Source: a virus (lineage: Duplodnaviria > Heunggongvirae > Uroviricota > Caudoviricetes). Taken from it: 64,000 nucleotides of DNA. Below are positions 21,186-33,496 of this stretch, one piece after another. The stretch lies in IMG/VR virus record IMGVR_UViG_2875703104_000004. One strand, written 5' to 3'. Made by a program: the position numbers and the translations under genes. The notes under the pieces were generated by a model, which saw nothing but the letters and a program-made list of their open reading frames with translations, did not search any database and was not told the origin of the DNA. The first letter of the stretch is position 1; every line of letters starts with the position of its first letter.

Positions 21186-21214
21186 AAACCGCCTCCGGGC
21201 GGTTTTATCGTTTA
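21186..21214 (+). other. Stem-loop with T-rich tail in the 60-bp I-J spacer
   Basis: AAACCGCC-tccg-GGCGGTTT then TATCGTTTAT. Confidence 0.35.
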
Positions 21215-21227
21215 TGGAGCATGAGGA

Positions 21228-24200
21228 ATGGGTAAAGGCAGCAGTAAGGGGCATACCCCGCGCGAAGCGAAGGACAACCTGAAATCATCCCAGATGCTGA
21301 GCGTGATAGACGCCATCAGCGAAGGGCCGGTTGAAGGTCCGGTGGATGGATTAAAAAGCGTGCTGCTGAACAGTACGCCGGTGCTGGACAGTGAGGGGAA
21401 TACCAATATATTCGGCGTCACGGTGGTGTTCCGGGCCGGTGAGCAGGAGCAGACACCGCCGGAGGGATTTGAATCCTCCGGCTCCGAGACGGTGCTCGGT
21501 ACAGAAGTGAAATATGACACGCCGATCACCCGGACCATCACGTCGGCAAACATTGACCGTCTGCGTTTTACTTTCGGCGTGCAGGCACTGGTGGAAACCA
21601 CCTCAAAGGGGGACAGGAATCCATCGGAAGTCCGCCTGCTGGTTCAGATTCAACGTAACGGTGGCTGGGTGACGGAAAAAGACATCACCATTAAGGGCAA
21701 AACCACGTCGCAGTATCTGGCCTCGGTGGTGGTGGATAACCTGCCGCCGCGCCCGTTTAATATCCGGATGCGCAGGATGACGCCGGACAGCACCACAGAC
21801 CAGTTGCAGAACAAAACGCTCTGGTCGTCATACACCGAAATCATCGATGTGAAACAGTGCTACCCGAACACGGCACTGGTCGGCGTACAGGTGGACTCGG
21901 AGCAGTTCGGCAGCCAGCAGGTGAGCCGTAATTATCATCTTCGCGGGCGCATTCTGCAGGTGCCGTCGAACTATAACCCGCAGACGCGGCAATACAGCGG
22001 TATCTGGGACGGAACGTTTAAGCCAGCATACAGCAACAACATGGCCTGGTGTCTGTGGGATATGCTGACCCATCCGCGCTACGGCATGGGGAAACGTCTT
22101 GGTGCGGCAGATGTGGATAAATGGGCGCTGTATGTCATCGGCCAGAATTGCGACCAGTCAGTGCCGGACGGCTTTGGCGGCACGGAGCCGCGCATCACCT
22201 GTAATGCGTACCTGACCACACAGCGCAAGGCGTGGGATGTGCTCAGTGATTTTTGCTCGGCGATGCGCTGTATGCCGGTATGGAACGGGCAGACGCTGAC
22301 ATTCGTGCAGGACCGACCGTCGGATAAGGTGTGGACCTATAACCGCAGTAATGTGGTGATGCCGGATGATGGCGCGCCGTTCCGCTACAGCTTCAGCGCC
22401 CTGAAAGACCGCCATAATGCCGTTGAGGTGAACTGGATTGACCCGGATAACGGCTGGGAGACGGCGACAGAGCTTGTGGAGGACACGCAGGCCATTGCCC
22501 GTTACGGTCGTAACGTCACGAAGATGGATGCCTTTGGCTGTACCAGCCGGGGGCAGGCACACCGCGCCGGGCTGTGGCTGATTAAAACGGAGCTGCTGGA
22601 AACGCAGACCGTGGACTTCAGCGTGGGTGCAGAAGGGCTTCGCCATGTACCGGGCGATGTCATTGAAATCTGTGATGATGACTATGCGGGGATCAGCATC
22701 GGCGGGCGCGTGCTGGCGGTGAACAACCAGACGCGGACACTGACGCTCGACCGTGAAATCACGCTGCCATCCTCCGGCACCACGCTGATAAGCCTGGCTG
22801 ACGGACAGGGGAATCCGGTCAGCGTGGAGGTCCAGTCCGTCACCGACGGCGTGAAGGTAAAAGTGAGCCGTGTTCCTGACGGCGTTGCAGAATACAGCGT
22901 GTGGGGGCTGAAGTTGCCAACGTTGCGCCAGCGCCTGTTCCGCTGTGTGAGTATCCGTGAGAACGATGACGGCACGTATGCCATCACTGCCGTGCAGCAT
23001 GTACCGGAAAAAGAGGCCATCGTGGATAACGGGGCGCACTTTGACGGCGACCAGAGCGGCACGGTGAATGGTGTCACGCCGCCAGCGGTGCAGCACCAGC
23101 GGGGAATATCAGGTGCTGGCGCGCTGGGACACGCCGAAGGTGGTGAAGGGGGTGAGCTTTATGCTTCGCCTGACCGTGGCAGCGGATGACGGCAGTGAGC
23201 GGCTGGTCAGCACGGCCCGGACGACGGAAACCACATACCGCTTCAGGCAACTGGCGCTGGGGAACTACAGGCTGACAGTCCGGGCGGTAAATGCGTGGGG
23301 GCAGCAGGGCGATCCGGCATCGGTATCGTTCCGGATTGCCGCACCGGCAGCGCCGTCGCAGATTGAGCTGACACCGGGGTATTTTCAGATAACCGCCACG
23401 CCGCATCTTGCGGTTTATGATCCGACGGTACAGTTTGAGTTCTGGTTCTCGGAAAAGCGGATTGCGGATATCAGGCAGGTTGAAACCACAGCACGCTATC
23501 TTGGCACGGCGCTGTACTGGATAGCCGCCAGTATCAATATCAAACCGGGCCATGATTATTATTTTTACATCCGCAGTGTGAACACCGTTGGCAAATCGGC
23601 ATTTGTGGAGGCTGTTGGCCAGCCGAGTGATGATGCATCCGGCTATCTGAATTTTTTCAAAGGAGAGATAGGGAAAACCCATCTGGCTCAGGAGTTGTGG
23701 ACGCAGATTGATAACGGTCAGCTTGCGCCTGACCTGGCTGAAATCAGGACGTCCATTACGGGTGTCAGCAATGAAATCACGCAGACCGTCAATAAGAAAC
23801 TGGAAGACCAGAGTGCAGCGATCCAGCAGATACAGAAGGTTCAGGTTGATACAAATAATAACCTGAACAGCATGTGGGCTGTGAAGCTGCAGCAGATGCA
23901 GGACGGACGCCTTTATATCGCGGGTATTGGTGCCGGTGTTGAGAATACTCCTGACGGTATGCAGAGTCAGGTGCTGCTGGCGGCGGACAGGATTGCGATG
24001 ATTAATCCTGCGAATGGCAACACAAAGCCGATGTTTGTTGGGCAGGGCGATCAGATATTCATGAACGAAGTGTTCCTGAAATATCTGACGGCTCCCACCA
24101 TTACCAGCGGTGGCAATCCCCCAACGTTTTCACTGACACCTGATGGTCGACTTTCTGCGAAAAATGCGGATATCAGCGGTAACGTGAACGCGAACTCCGG

Positions 24201-24687
24201 GACGCTCAACAACGTCACGATTAATCAGAACTGTCGGATTCTGGGAAAACTGTCAGCTAACCAGATTGAAGGTGATATTGTCAAAACGGTGGGAAAAGCC
24301 TTTCCGAGAAATGGCAGTTATGCCAGCGGTACAATAACGGTCACTGTGTACGATGACCAGGCTTTTGACCGTCAGATAGTAGTCCCCCCCGTTCTGTTTC
24401 GTGGGGGTAAGCATGAAAACTTCAACAGCAACAACCAACAGTCATACTGGTATTCAACCTGTAAGCTGCAGGTACTGAAGAACGGACAGGAAATCTTTCA
24501 GCAACCCGCGACGGATGTCAGCAGGGTATTTTCATCAGTCATTGATATGCCTGCCGGACACGGCCATGTCACCCTGACTTTCAATGTTTCTTCATATGGT
24601 GCTAATAACTGGACGCCAACGACCAGTATCAGCGACCTTCTTGTTGTTGTGATGAAGAAATCTACAGCCGGTATCAGTATCAGTTGA
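21228..24687 (+). pseudogene. J: Host-specificity tail tip protein J, frameshifted near 23070-23190; C-terminal domain diverged from lambda
   Basis: ORF 21228-23189 = gpJ residues 1-~620; homology continues in ORF 23068-24687 in another frame. Confidence 0.85.
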
Positions 24688-24706
24688 ATTTTATAACCCA
24701 GATACG

Positions 24707-24730
24707 GGCGCCAGAAATGGCGCCTTTTTT
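24707..24730 (+). terminator. Intrinsic terminator after J
   Basis: GGCGCC-agaaat-GGCGCC then TTTTTTATTT. Confidence 0.6.
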
Positions 24731-24745
24731 ATTTGTGGAGTGAAT

Positions 24746-25570
24746 ATGGCAGTACAGATTTCAGGCGTGCTGAAAGACGGTGCAGGAAAACCGATACAGA
24801 ACTGCACCATTCAGCTCAAAGCAAAACGTAACAGCACCACGGTTGTGGTGAACACGGTGGCCTCAGAAAATCCGGATGAAGCCGGACGTTACAGCATGGA
24901 TGTCGAGTATGGCCAGTACAGCGTTATCCTGCTGGTTGAAGGTTTTCCGCCTTCACATGCCGGGGCCATCACCGTGTATGAGGATTCTAAGCCGGGGACA
25001 TTGAATGATTTTCTGGGCGCTGCAACAGAAGATGATGTTCGTCCGGAGGCACTGTATCGTTTTGAAAAGATGGTGGAAGAGGTGGCACGCAACGCTGAAG
25101 CCGCCTCTCAGAGCGCAGCGGCAGCAAAGAAATCAGAAACAGCAGCGGCATCGTCCAGGAATGCGGCGAAAACATCAGAGACGAATGCAGGTAACAGCGC
25201 GAAAGCGGCAGCTTCTTCAAAAACAGCCGCACAAAACGCAGCAACAGCGGCAGAACGTTCAGAGACAAATGCCCGTGCGTCAGAAGAAGCCTCCGCAGAC
25301 AGTGAAGAGGCTTCCCGCCGTAATGCAGAGTCAGCCGCTGAAAATGCCGGAGTCGCCACCACAAAAGCGCGGGAGGCCGCAGCAGACGCAACAAAGGCCG
25401 GGCAGAAAAAGGATGAGGCTCTGTCGGCAGCGATAATTAAAAACGATGCACACCGGGTTTTTACCGCGTTAATGATTCGCGGGTTTATCCCGGTGCGATG
25501 GTGGAAGAAACAGGAAGCTGTATTACAGAAAGTGCTACTACTGTATCCCGATGCGATGTATGTAATGTGA
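24746..25570 (+). pseudogene. stf: Side tail fibre stf, N-terminal ~230 residues only
   Basis: MAVQISGVLKDGAGKPIQNCTIQLKAKRNSTTVVVNTV... as lambda Stf N-terminus; 3' end is the bor-cos conserved block. Confidence 0.75.
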
Positions 25571-25652
25571 GTCAGATAATGGCACAGGATGTGGTGATGT
25601 GGCAGTCTGGAACACAGGATATATTGTCAGAATAAGACCCGTAGGAATAAAA

Positions 25653-25979
25653 ATGAAAAGACGCCTTTTACTACTTTTTCTGTTATCTGTCCTGGCAGTG
25701 GGATGCTCGCAGCAAAAAGCTGATGAGCCCCGGCAATTAGTGACGGTGTATCCACGATATCCGGAATATGCTGCAGCAAATTATATCAAGGGGCTGGTTG
25801 AGGTTAAGTTCGATATTGGTGCTGATGGGACTGTGACACGGATCGTTTTTCTCCGCTCAGAGCCTCATAATTTGTTTCGTGATGAAGTGGTGAAGGCCAT
25901 GGCGAAATGGCGATTTGAAAAGAATCGCCCCTGTCAGGGAGTGAAGAGACAATTTATCTTTACGCCGTCACGTCCTTGA
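25653..25979 (+). CDS. Second copy of TonB C-terminal-like lipoprotein
   Basis: Protein identical to 4951-5277. Confidence 0.6.
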   Translation: MKRRLLLLFLLSVLAVGCSQQKADEPRQLVTVYPRYPEYAAANYIKGLVEVKFDIGADGTVTRIVFLRSEPHNLFRDEVVKAMAKWRFEKNRPCQGVKRQFIFTPSRP

Positions 25980-26101
25980 TGCTTCCAGGTAGAGAGGGGC
26001 TGGANGCAGGAGAAAAATGAAAGAGCCAGCGGTTATATTTTTGTCATGGCTGACGAGGAATGATGGAAGAAGGCGTTGTATGCCACACAACGCCTCACTG
26101 T

Positions 26102-26280
26102 TCATTTCTTCTTTTTCTCTGGTGGAACCCGATGAATAAGAGTTGCACTGGTTTCCGATGAGATGGCGATATACTCGGGCAAAGTATGCTGGCAGTTTTC
26201 CAACTGGTCAAAAATACCTGCTCTCGTCTGTTGCAATGCCTGCAGCATGCGGCGGCAATGCGCCTTGCTTTTACTAACCA
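26102..26280 (-). CDS. Hypothetical small basic protein (59 aa)
   Basis: Minus ATG 26280 with GAGGAAGGAAAG RBS; MVSKSKAHCRRMLQALQQTRAGIFDQLENCQHTLPEYIAISSETSATLIHRVPPEKKKK. Confidence 0.35.
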
Positions 26281-26342
26281 TCTTTCCTTCCTCTATCAGT
26301 CGCTGCGTGAACTCATCATGNAATACCAGGTAAATGCGGATG

Positions 26343-26592
26343 TTATCGGTTTTGGCTACGCAGCATAGTACAAAACGGACAGGTGCATCCCGGGACGGGG
26401 GAGGCGTCACATGTCCCTGTGATGGTTGTTCCGGGTAATGNACTGTGTGGGGCATAAAAATGTCCGATAATTTTACTTTCTACCGCAGTTAGTTGATTCG
26501 TTGGTCCTGGTAGCACATTGGGCGAGGATTTAAATGCCAGGCAACTGAAGGATGATGTNGCAAGGGAGATAGCGAGAATATTTCTGATTTTC
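26343..26592 (-). CDS. Hypothetical small secreted Cys-rich peptide (83-aa precursor)
   Basis: Minus ATG 26592; signal peptide MKIRNILAISLxTSSFSCLA; mature part has CDASPVPGCTCPFC; two N inside. Confidence 0.4.
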
Positions 26593-26607
26593 ATTTGATG
26601 ATGCCTC

Positions 26608-26909
26608 TGTGTGAAATGACGGTAAACGACGCACTTGTGCCGGCACATAATAGCAAGCACCATAATAGATCAGATTCGATTCTTGCTGTAAGTGATAATT
26701 ATTCTCGTTTTCGGGTCCTTTCCGTCGATCCAACAGGTTACGGGGCGGCGACCTCGCGGTGTGAAATGACGGTAAACGACGCACTTGTGCCGGCACATAA
26801 TAGCAAGCACCATAATAGATCAGATTCGATTCTTGCTGTAAGTGATAATTATTCTCGTTTTCGGGTCCTTTCCGTCGATCCAACAGGTTACGGGGCGGCG
26901 ACCTCGCGG
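26608..26909 (+). repeat. Tandem duplication (2 x ~151 bp) of the cosQ-cosN region
   Basis: Unit TGTGAAATGACGGTAAACGACGCACTTGTGCCGGCACATAAT...GGGGCGGCGACCTCGCGG occurs twice. Confidence 0.85.
26893..26904 (+). other. cosN cohesive-end sequence of copy 2 (duplicate at 26743-26754)
   Basis: GTTACG/GGGCGGCGACCT/CGCGGGTTTTCGCTATTTATGAAAATTTTT as lambda cos. Confidence 0.75.
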
Positions 26910-27073
26910 GTTTTCGCTATTTATGAAAATTTTTAGGGAAAAATCAGATCCGTTTTTCTTCTTTTTAACTGATTGATTATCAATAGAATTTTAAAAATAT
27001 AAAAGGATCTAACAAAGGCTGTTTTTGTTAGAAAACGCCATTTTCAGATCCTTTCTGGTTCCCGGGGGAGTGT

Positions 27074-27622
27074 ATGAACGTCAATAAGAAAAAACTGGCC
27101 GATATTTTTGGCGTTGATGTCAGGACCATCACCGCCTGGCAGAGTCAGGGGTTACCACTAGTTTCTGGTGGAGGGAAAGGGACTGAATCAGTTTTTGATA
27201 CAACTGCTGCCATTCAGTGGTATGCGCAGAGGGAAGCTGATATTAAAAACGAAAAACTCCGTAAAGAGATCGAGGATTTGAGGGCTGCCAGCGAATCAGA
27301 CCTTCAGCCCGGCACCATTGATTACGAACGTTACCGACTGACGAAGGCACAGGCCGATGCACAGGAGCTGAAAAATGCTCGTGAGGAAGGCCTTGTCCTC
27401 GAGACGGAGTTATTTACCTACATCTTTCAGCGAGTGGCACAGAATATATCAGGGATCCTTGTCCGTGTCCCTCAGACACTGCAGCGTAAATACCCTGATA
27501 TATCACCCGTACATCTTGATGCTGTGAAAACTGAAATCGCGAAAGCATCCGATGTGGCTTCTGAAGCCGGTGAGAATGTGCGCAGGTGGATTGATGATTT
27601 CAGACGAACTGAGGGCGGCTAA
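27074..27622 (+). CDS. nu1: Terminase small subunit Nu1 (copy 2)
   Basis: 182 aa, ~85% identical to copy 1 Nu1. Confidence 0.9.
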   Translation: MNVNKKKLADIFGVDVRTITAWQSQGLPLVSGGGKGTESVFDTTAAIQWYAQREADIKNEKLRKEIEDLRAASESDLQPGTIDYERYRLTKAQADAQELKNAREEGLVLETELFTYIFQRVAQNISGILVRVPQTLQRKYPDISPVHLDAVKTEIAKASDVASEAGENVRRWIDDFRRTEGG

Positions 27623-29522
27623 TTCTGCAGGAGCGATAGCAACCGGCCTCCTTGCGCTAAAAATTCCTGTCCCTCTGACGACAGTTCAGTGGGCAGATCG
27701 ACATTATTACCTTCCGAAAGAGTCATCTTACACCCCGGGGCGGTGGGAAACACTGCCGTTTCAGGTTGCCATCATGAACAGCATGGGGAATGACCGGATC
27801 CGCACTGTTAATCTGATTAAATCTGCCCGTGTTGGTTATACAAAGATGTTGCTGGGAGTGGAGGCTTATTTTATTGAGCATAAATCACGCAACAGCCTTC
27901 TTTTCCAGCCCACGGATTCTGCTGCTGAAGATTTTATGAAATCTCATGTGGAACCCACGATCAGGGATGTGCCGGTTTTACTCGATCTTGCACCGTGGTT
28001 TGGGCGTAAACATCGTGATAATACCCTCACGCTGAAACGTTTTTCATCGGGCGTGGGCTTCTGGTGCCTGGGCGGGGCTGCCGCTAAAAACTACCGTGAA
28101 AAATCCGTGGACGTGGTCTGCTATGACGAACTTTCCTCGTTCGAACCGGATGTCGAAAAAGAGGGTTCGCCAACCCTGCTTGGGGATAAACGTATTGAGG
28201 GCTCGGTATGGCCAAAATCCATTCGCGGCTCGACGCCTAAAATAAAAGGCTCCTGCCAGATCGAAAAAGCGGCCAACGAGTCGGCGCATTTCATGCGTTT
28301 TTATGTGCCCTGCCCACACTGTGGGGAGGAGCAGTATCTGAAATTTGGCGATGAATCCACGCCTTTTGGCCTTAAATGGGAGAAAGACAGCCCCGAAAGC
28401 GTTTTCTACCTCTGTGAACATCATGGCTGCGTGATCCATCAGTCTGAGCTTGACCAGAGCAACGGGCGGTGGATCTGTGAAAACACGGGGATGTGGACCC
28501 GTGACGGTCTGACGTTTTTCAGCGCCGCGGATAATGAAATTCCGCCGCCGCGCTCCATCACGTTCCATATCTGGACGGCGTACAGTCCGTTCACCACCTG
28601 GGTACAGATAGTCTATGACTGGCTGGATGCACTGAAAGATCCCAACGGCCTGAAAACCTTTGTGAACACCACGCTGGGCGAGACCTGGGAAGAGGCCGTG
28701 GGCGAAAAACTCGATCACCAGGTACTGATGGATAAGGTCGTGCATTACACGGCGGCGGTGCCAGCCCGGGTGGTTTATCTGACGGCGGGCATTGACTCGC
28801 AGCGAAACCGTTTTGAGATGTATGTCTGGGGATGGGCACCGGGAGAGGAAGCTTTTCTGGTGGATAAAATCATCATTATGGGCCGTCCCGATGAGGAAGA
28901 GACGCTGTTACGTGTGGATGCGGCGATCAACAAAAAATACTGCCATGCAGACGGAACCGAAATGACCATTTCCCGTGTCTGCTGGGACACCGGGGGGATC
29001 GATGGTGAAATTGTCTATCAGAGGTCAAAAAAACACGGTGTTTTCCGGGTGCTGCCGGTAAAAGGTGCATCTGTTTATGGCAAGCCGGTGATCACCATGC
29101 CAAAAACCCGCAATCAGCGGGGCGTGTATCTGTGCGAAGTGGGGACGGACACCGCAAAAGAAATTCTCTATGCCCGTATGAAAGCCGATCCCACGCCTGC
29201 GGATGAAGCCACGTCGTATGCCATCCGTTTTCCTGATGATCCGGAGATTTTTTCGCAGACAGAGGCGCAGCAACTGGTGGCGGAAGAGCTTGTGGAGAAG
29301 TGGGAAAAAGGAAAGATGCGTCTGCTGTGGGATAACAAAAAGCGGCGTAACGAAGCGCTGGACTGCCTGGTGTATGCCTATGCGGCATTACGTGTGTCCG
29401 TGCAACGCTGGCAGCTTGATCTGGCTGTACTGGCAAAATCCCGGGAAGAAGAGACGACCCGGCCAACCCTTAAAGAACTGGCAGCGAAGCTGTCCGGAGG
29501 AGTGAATGGTTACAGTCGCTGA
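27594..29522 (+). CDS. A: Terminase large subunit A (copy 2)
   Basis: Collinear with copy 1 A; ATG 27594. Confidence 0.9.
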   Translation: MISDELRAANSAGAIATGLLALKIPVPLTTVQWADRHYYLPKESSYTPGRWETLPFQVAIMNSMGNDRIRTVNLIKSARVGYTKMLLGVEAYFIEHKSRNSLLFQPTDSAAEDFMKSHVEPTIRDVPVLLDLAPWFGRKHRDNTLTLKRFSSGVGFWCLGGAAAKNYREKSVDVVCYDELSSFEPDVEKEGSPTLLGDKRIEGSVWPKSIRGSTPKIKGSCQIEKAANESAHFMRFYVPCPHCGEEQYLKFGDESTPFGLKWEKDSPESVFYLCEHHGCVIHQSELDQSNGRWICENTGMWTRDGLTFFSAADNEIPPPRSITFHIWTAYSPFTTWVQIVYDWLDALKDPNGLKTFVNTTLGETWEEAVGEKLDHQVLMDKVVHYTAAVPARVVYLTAGIDSQRNRFEMYVWGWAPGEEAFLVDKIIIMGRPDEEETLLRVDAAINKKYCHADGTEMTISRVCWDTGGIDGEIVYQRSKKHGVFRVLPVKGASVYGKPVITMPKTRNQRGVYLCEVGTDTAKEILYARMKADPTPADEATSYAIRFPDDPEIFSQTEAQQLVAEELVEKWEKGKMRLLWDNKKRRNEALDCLVYAYAALRVSVQRWQLDLAVLAKSREEETTRPTLKELAAKLSGGVNGYSR

Positions 29523-29712
29523 ACTACAGGCGCTGCGTCAGGCGCGCCTTGATTTATTAACCGGTAAACGGGTGGTGTCTGTCCAGAAAGATGGTCGCAG
29601 AATTGAATATACGGCGGCCTCTCTGGATGAGCTTAACCGTGCGATCAATGATGCTGAGTTGGTACTGGGGACAACCCGCCGTCGCCGTCGTCCGCTGGGA
29701 GTGAGGTTATGA
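29506..29712 (+). CDS. W: Head-tail joining protein W (copy 2)
   Basis: 68 aa, 2 substitutions vs copy 1. Confidence 0.85.
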   Translation: MVTVAELQALRQARLDLLTGKRVVSVQKDGRRIEYTAASLDELNRAINDAELVLGTTRRRRRPLGVRL

Positions 29713-31417
29713 AACGAACGCCTGTCCTGATTGATGTGAACGGCGTTCCGCTTCGGGAGAGCCTCAGCTACAACGGGGGCGGCGCAGGATTTGGCGGGCA
29801 AATGGCGGAGTGGTTGCCACCGGCGCAGAGTGCCGATGCGGCCCTGCTGCCCGCGTTGCGTCTGGGGAATGCCCGGGCAGATGATCTGGTGCGCAATAAC
29901 GGGATAGCGGCCAATGCGGTGGCCCTGCATAAGGATCACATTGTCGGGCATATGTTTCTTATCAGCTACCGCCCGAACTGGCGCTGGCTGGGGATGCGGG
30001 AGACCGCGACAAAAAGTTTTGTCGATGAGGTGGAGGCGGCCTGGTCAGAATACGCAGAAGGGATGTTTGGTGAGATCGACGTGGAAGGGAAACGCACGTT
30101 TACGGAATTTATCCGTGAAGGTGTGGGCGTTCATGCGTTTAACGGCGAAATCTTTGTGCAGCCGGTCTGGGATACGGAGAGCACGCAACTGTTTCGTACG
30201 CGTTTTAAAGCCGTGAGTCCGAAACGGGTGGACACGCCAGGACACGGTATCGGGAACCGTTTTCTGCGGGCCGGTGTGGAGGTTGATCGATATGGCCGTG
30301 CCGTTGCGTACCATATCTGTGAGGATGATTTTCCTCGCTCCGGGAGTGGACGATGGGAACGGATCCCGCGTGAACTTCCCACCGGGCGTCCGGCCATGCT
30401 GCATATTTTCGAGCCGGTGGAGGACGGGCAGACCCGTGGGGCCAACCAGTTTTACAGCGTCATGGAACGGCTGAAGATGCTCGATTCCCTGCAGGCAACA
30501 CAGCTTCAGTCGGCCATTGTCAAGGCGATGTATGCAGCGACAATTGAAAGTGAACTGGATACCGAAAAGGCCTTTGAATATATCGCCGGTGCGCCGCAGG
30601 GGCAGAAGGATAATCCGCTTATTAATATTCTGGAGAAGTTCTCCAGCTGGTATGACACGAATAACGTGACGCTGGGCGGTGTCAAAATTCCGCACCTTTT
30701 CCCTGGTGATGATCTGAAACTACAGACAGCGCAGGATTCAGACAATGGATTTTCTGCGCTTGAACAGGCGCTGCTGCGGTATATCGCCGCCGGTCTTGGC
30801 GTTTCCTACGAACAGTTGTCCCGTGATTACTCGAAGGTCAGTTACTCAAGTGCCCGCGCCTCCGCCAATGAGTCGTGGAACAGGCGCTGCTGCGGTATAT
30901 CGCCGCCGGTCTTGGCGTTTCCTACGAACAGTTGTCCCGTGATTACTCGAAGGTCAGTTACTCAAGTGCCCGCGCCTCCGCCAATGAGTCGTGGCGCTAT
31001 TTTATGGGGCGGCGAAAATTTATTGCGTCCCGGCTGGCCACGCAGATGTTTTCCTGCTGGCTGGAAGAGGCACTTCTGCGGGGGATTATCCGTCCGCCAC
31101 GGGCACGTTTTGATTTTTATCAGGCGCGTTCAGCCTGGTCACGGGCTGAGTGGATTGGTGCCGGAAGAATGGCCATTGACGGGCTCAAGGAGGTTCAGGA
31201 ATCGGTGATGCGTATTGATTCCGGACTGAGCACGTATGAGAAAGAGCTGGCGCTGATGGGCGAGGATTATCAGGACATTTTCCGCCAGCAGGTCAGGGAA
31301 TCTGCAGAGCGGGAAAAAGCCGGACTCTCACGTCCGGTGTGGATAGCGCAGGCGTATCAGCAGCAGATAGCGGAGAGTCGCAGGCCGGAAGAGGAGACAA
31401 CACCACGTGAGACGTAA
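29709..31417 (+). pseudogene. B: Portal protein B (copy 2), same 116-bp tandem duplication
   Basis: Frame breaks at duplication 30763-30994. Confidence 0.8.
30763..30994 (+). repeat. 116-bp tandem duplication in portal gene (copy 2)
   Basis: Same unit as 9361-9592, twice. Confidence 0.9.
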
Positions 31418-33460
31418 TCTTTCACACATTATTGCAGCAGCATTCAATGAACCGCTGCTTCTGGAGCCCGCCTATGCGCGGGTTTTCTTTTGCGCGCTCG
31501 GGCGCGAGATGGGGGCAGCAAGTCTTTCGGTACCGCAACAGCAGGTACAGCTTGATGCTCCCGGGATGCTGGCTGAAACGGACGAGTACATGGCCGGAGG
31601 TAAACGACCGGCCCGTGTTTACCGGGTGGTGAACGGTATTGCGGTACTGCCGGTGACCGGCACGCTGGTGCACCGGCTGGGGGGGATGCGGCCATTTTCC
31701 GGAATGACTGGCTATGACGGCATTGTCGCCTGTCTTCAGCAGGCAATGGCAGATAGCCAGGTGCGGGGCATACTGCTGGACATTGACAGTCCGGGCGGGC
31801 AGGCCGCCGGCGCGTTTGACTGCGTTGACATGATTTACCGCCTCCGGCAGCAGAAGCCGGTCTGGGCACTGTGCAATGACACGGCCTGTTCTGCAGCCAT
31901 GCTGCTGGCGTCGGCCTGCTCCCGACGGCTGGTTACCCAGACATCCCGTATCGGCTCCATTGGCGTGATGATGAGCCATGTCAGCTATGCCGGTCATCTG
32001 GCGCAGGCCGGTGTGGATATCACGCTGATTTACTCAGGGGCGCACAAGGTGGATGGCAATCAGNGGTGCACCGGCTGGGTGGTATGCGGCCATTTTCCGG
32101 AATGACAGGCTATGACGGCATTGTCGCCTGTCTTCAGCAGGCAATGGCGGATAGCCAGGTGCGGGGCGTACTGCTGGACATTGACAGTCCGGGCGGGCAG
32201 GCCGCCGGCGCGTTTGACTGCGCTGACATGATTTACCGCCTCCGTCAGCAGAAGCCGGTCTGGGCACTGTGCAATGACACGGCCTGTTCTGCAGCCATGC
32301 TGCTGGCGTCGGCCTGCTCCCGACGGCTGGTTACCCAGACATCCCGTATCGGCTCCATTGGCGTGATGATGAGCCATGTCAGCTATGCCGGTCATCTGGC
32401 GCAGGCCGGTGTGGATATCACGCTGATTTANNCNGGGGCGCACAAGGTGGATGGCAATCAGTTTGAAGCGTTGCCGGCAGAGGTTCGCCAGGACATGCAG
32501 CAGCGGATTGATGCGGCGCGCCGGATGTTTGCCGAAAAAGTGGCGATGTATACCGGTCTGTCTGTTGATGCCGTCACGGGAACAGAGGCTGCCGTTTTTG
32601 AAGGTCAGTCCGGCATTGAGGCCGGGCTGGCGGATGAATTAATCAATGCGTCGGATGCCATCAGTGTGATGGCCACGGCGCTGAACAGTAATGTCAGAGG
32701 AGGCACTATGCCGCAATTAACTGCAACGGAAGCCGCCGCTGCCGTTTTTGAAGGTCAGTCCGGCATTGAGGCCGGGCTGGCGGATGAATTAATCAATGCG
32801 TCGGATGCCATCAGTGTGATGGCCACGGCGCTGAACAGTAATGTCAGAGGAGGCACTATGCCGCAATTAACTGCAACGGAAGCCGCCGTGCAGGAGAACC
32901 AGCGAGTGATGGGGATCCTGACATGCCAGGAAGCGAAAGGACGTGAACAGCTTGCCACGATGCTGGCAGGGCAACAGGGCATGAGCGTTGAACAGGCCCG
33001 GGCGATTCTGGCCGCGGCGGCACCGCAGCAGCCGGTGGCATCCGCACAGAGTGAAGCCGATCGCATTATGGCGTGTGAAGAAGCGAACGGTCGTGAACAA
33101 CTGGCAGCAACGCTGGCGGCGATGCCGGAGAGGACGGTGGAAAAAGCCCGCCCGATCCTGGCTGCTTCACCGCAGGCGAATGCCGGGCCCTCACTTCGTG
33201 ATCAGATCATGGCACTGGATGAGGCAAAAGGGGCTGAGGCGCAGGCTGAACAGCTGGCTGCCTGCCCGGGAATGACTGTGGAGAGCGCCCGGGCTGTGCT
33301 GGCTGCGGGATCAGGTAAGGCAGAACCGGTCTCTGCATCCACAACCGCCCTGTTTGAACATTTCATGGCGAACCATTCACCGGCTGCGGTCCAGGGGGGC
33401 GTGTCACAGGCGTCAGAAGACGGTGATGCGGACGTGAAAATGCTCATGGCCATGCCATGA
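31407..33460 (+). pseudogene. C: Capsid protease/scaffold C (copy 2), interrupted by N-flanked ~397-bp duplication and an in-frame 150-bp tandem duplication
   Basis: 31666-32062 repeated at 32065-32460 (N at 32063; second copy carries copy-1 SNPs); 32588-32737 repeated at 32738-32887. Confidence 0.8.
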
Positions 33461-33496
33461 AGTCAGTGCTGAACATCAATACGAGGTTTTAACAAT

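Larger units (their letters stand above)
536..26060 (+). mobile_element. Lambdoid prophage copy 1: DLP12-like nin/late/lysis module, cos, lambda-like head and tail genes, truncated stf
   Basis: Contiguous lambda gene order ybcN...rusA-Q-S-R-Rz-bor-cos-Nu1-A-W-B-C-D-E-FI-FII-Z-U-V-G-T-H-M-L-K-I-J-stf on the plus strand. Confidence 0.8.

Noticed and set aside
26608-26909. Tandem ~151-bp repeats near cos considered as a CRISPR array
   Set aside because: Only two long identical units, no short repeat-spacer periodicity, and the content is the cos sequence.
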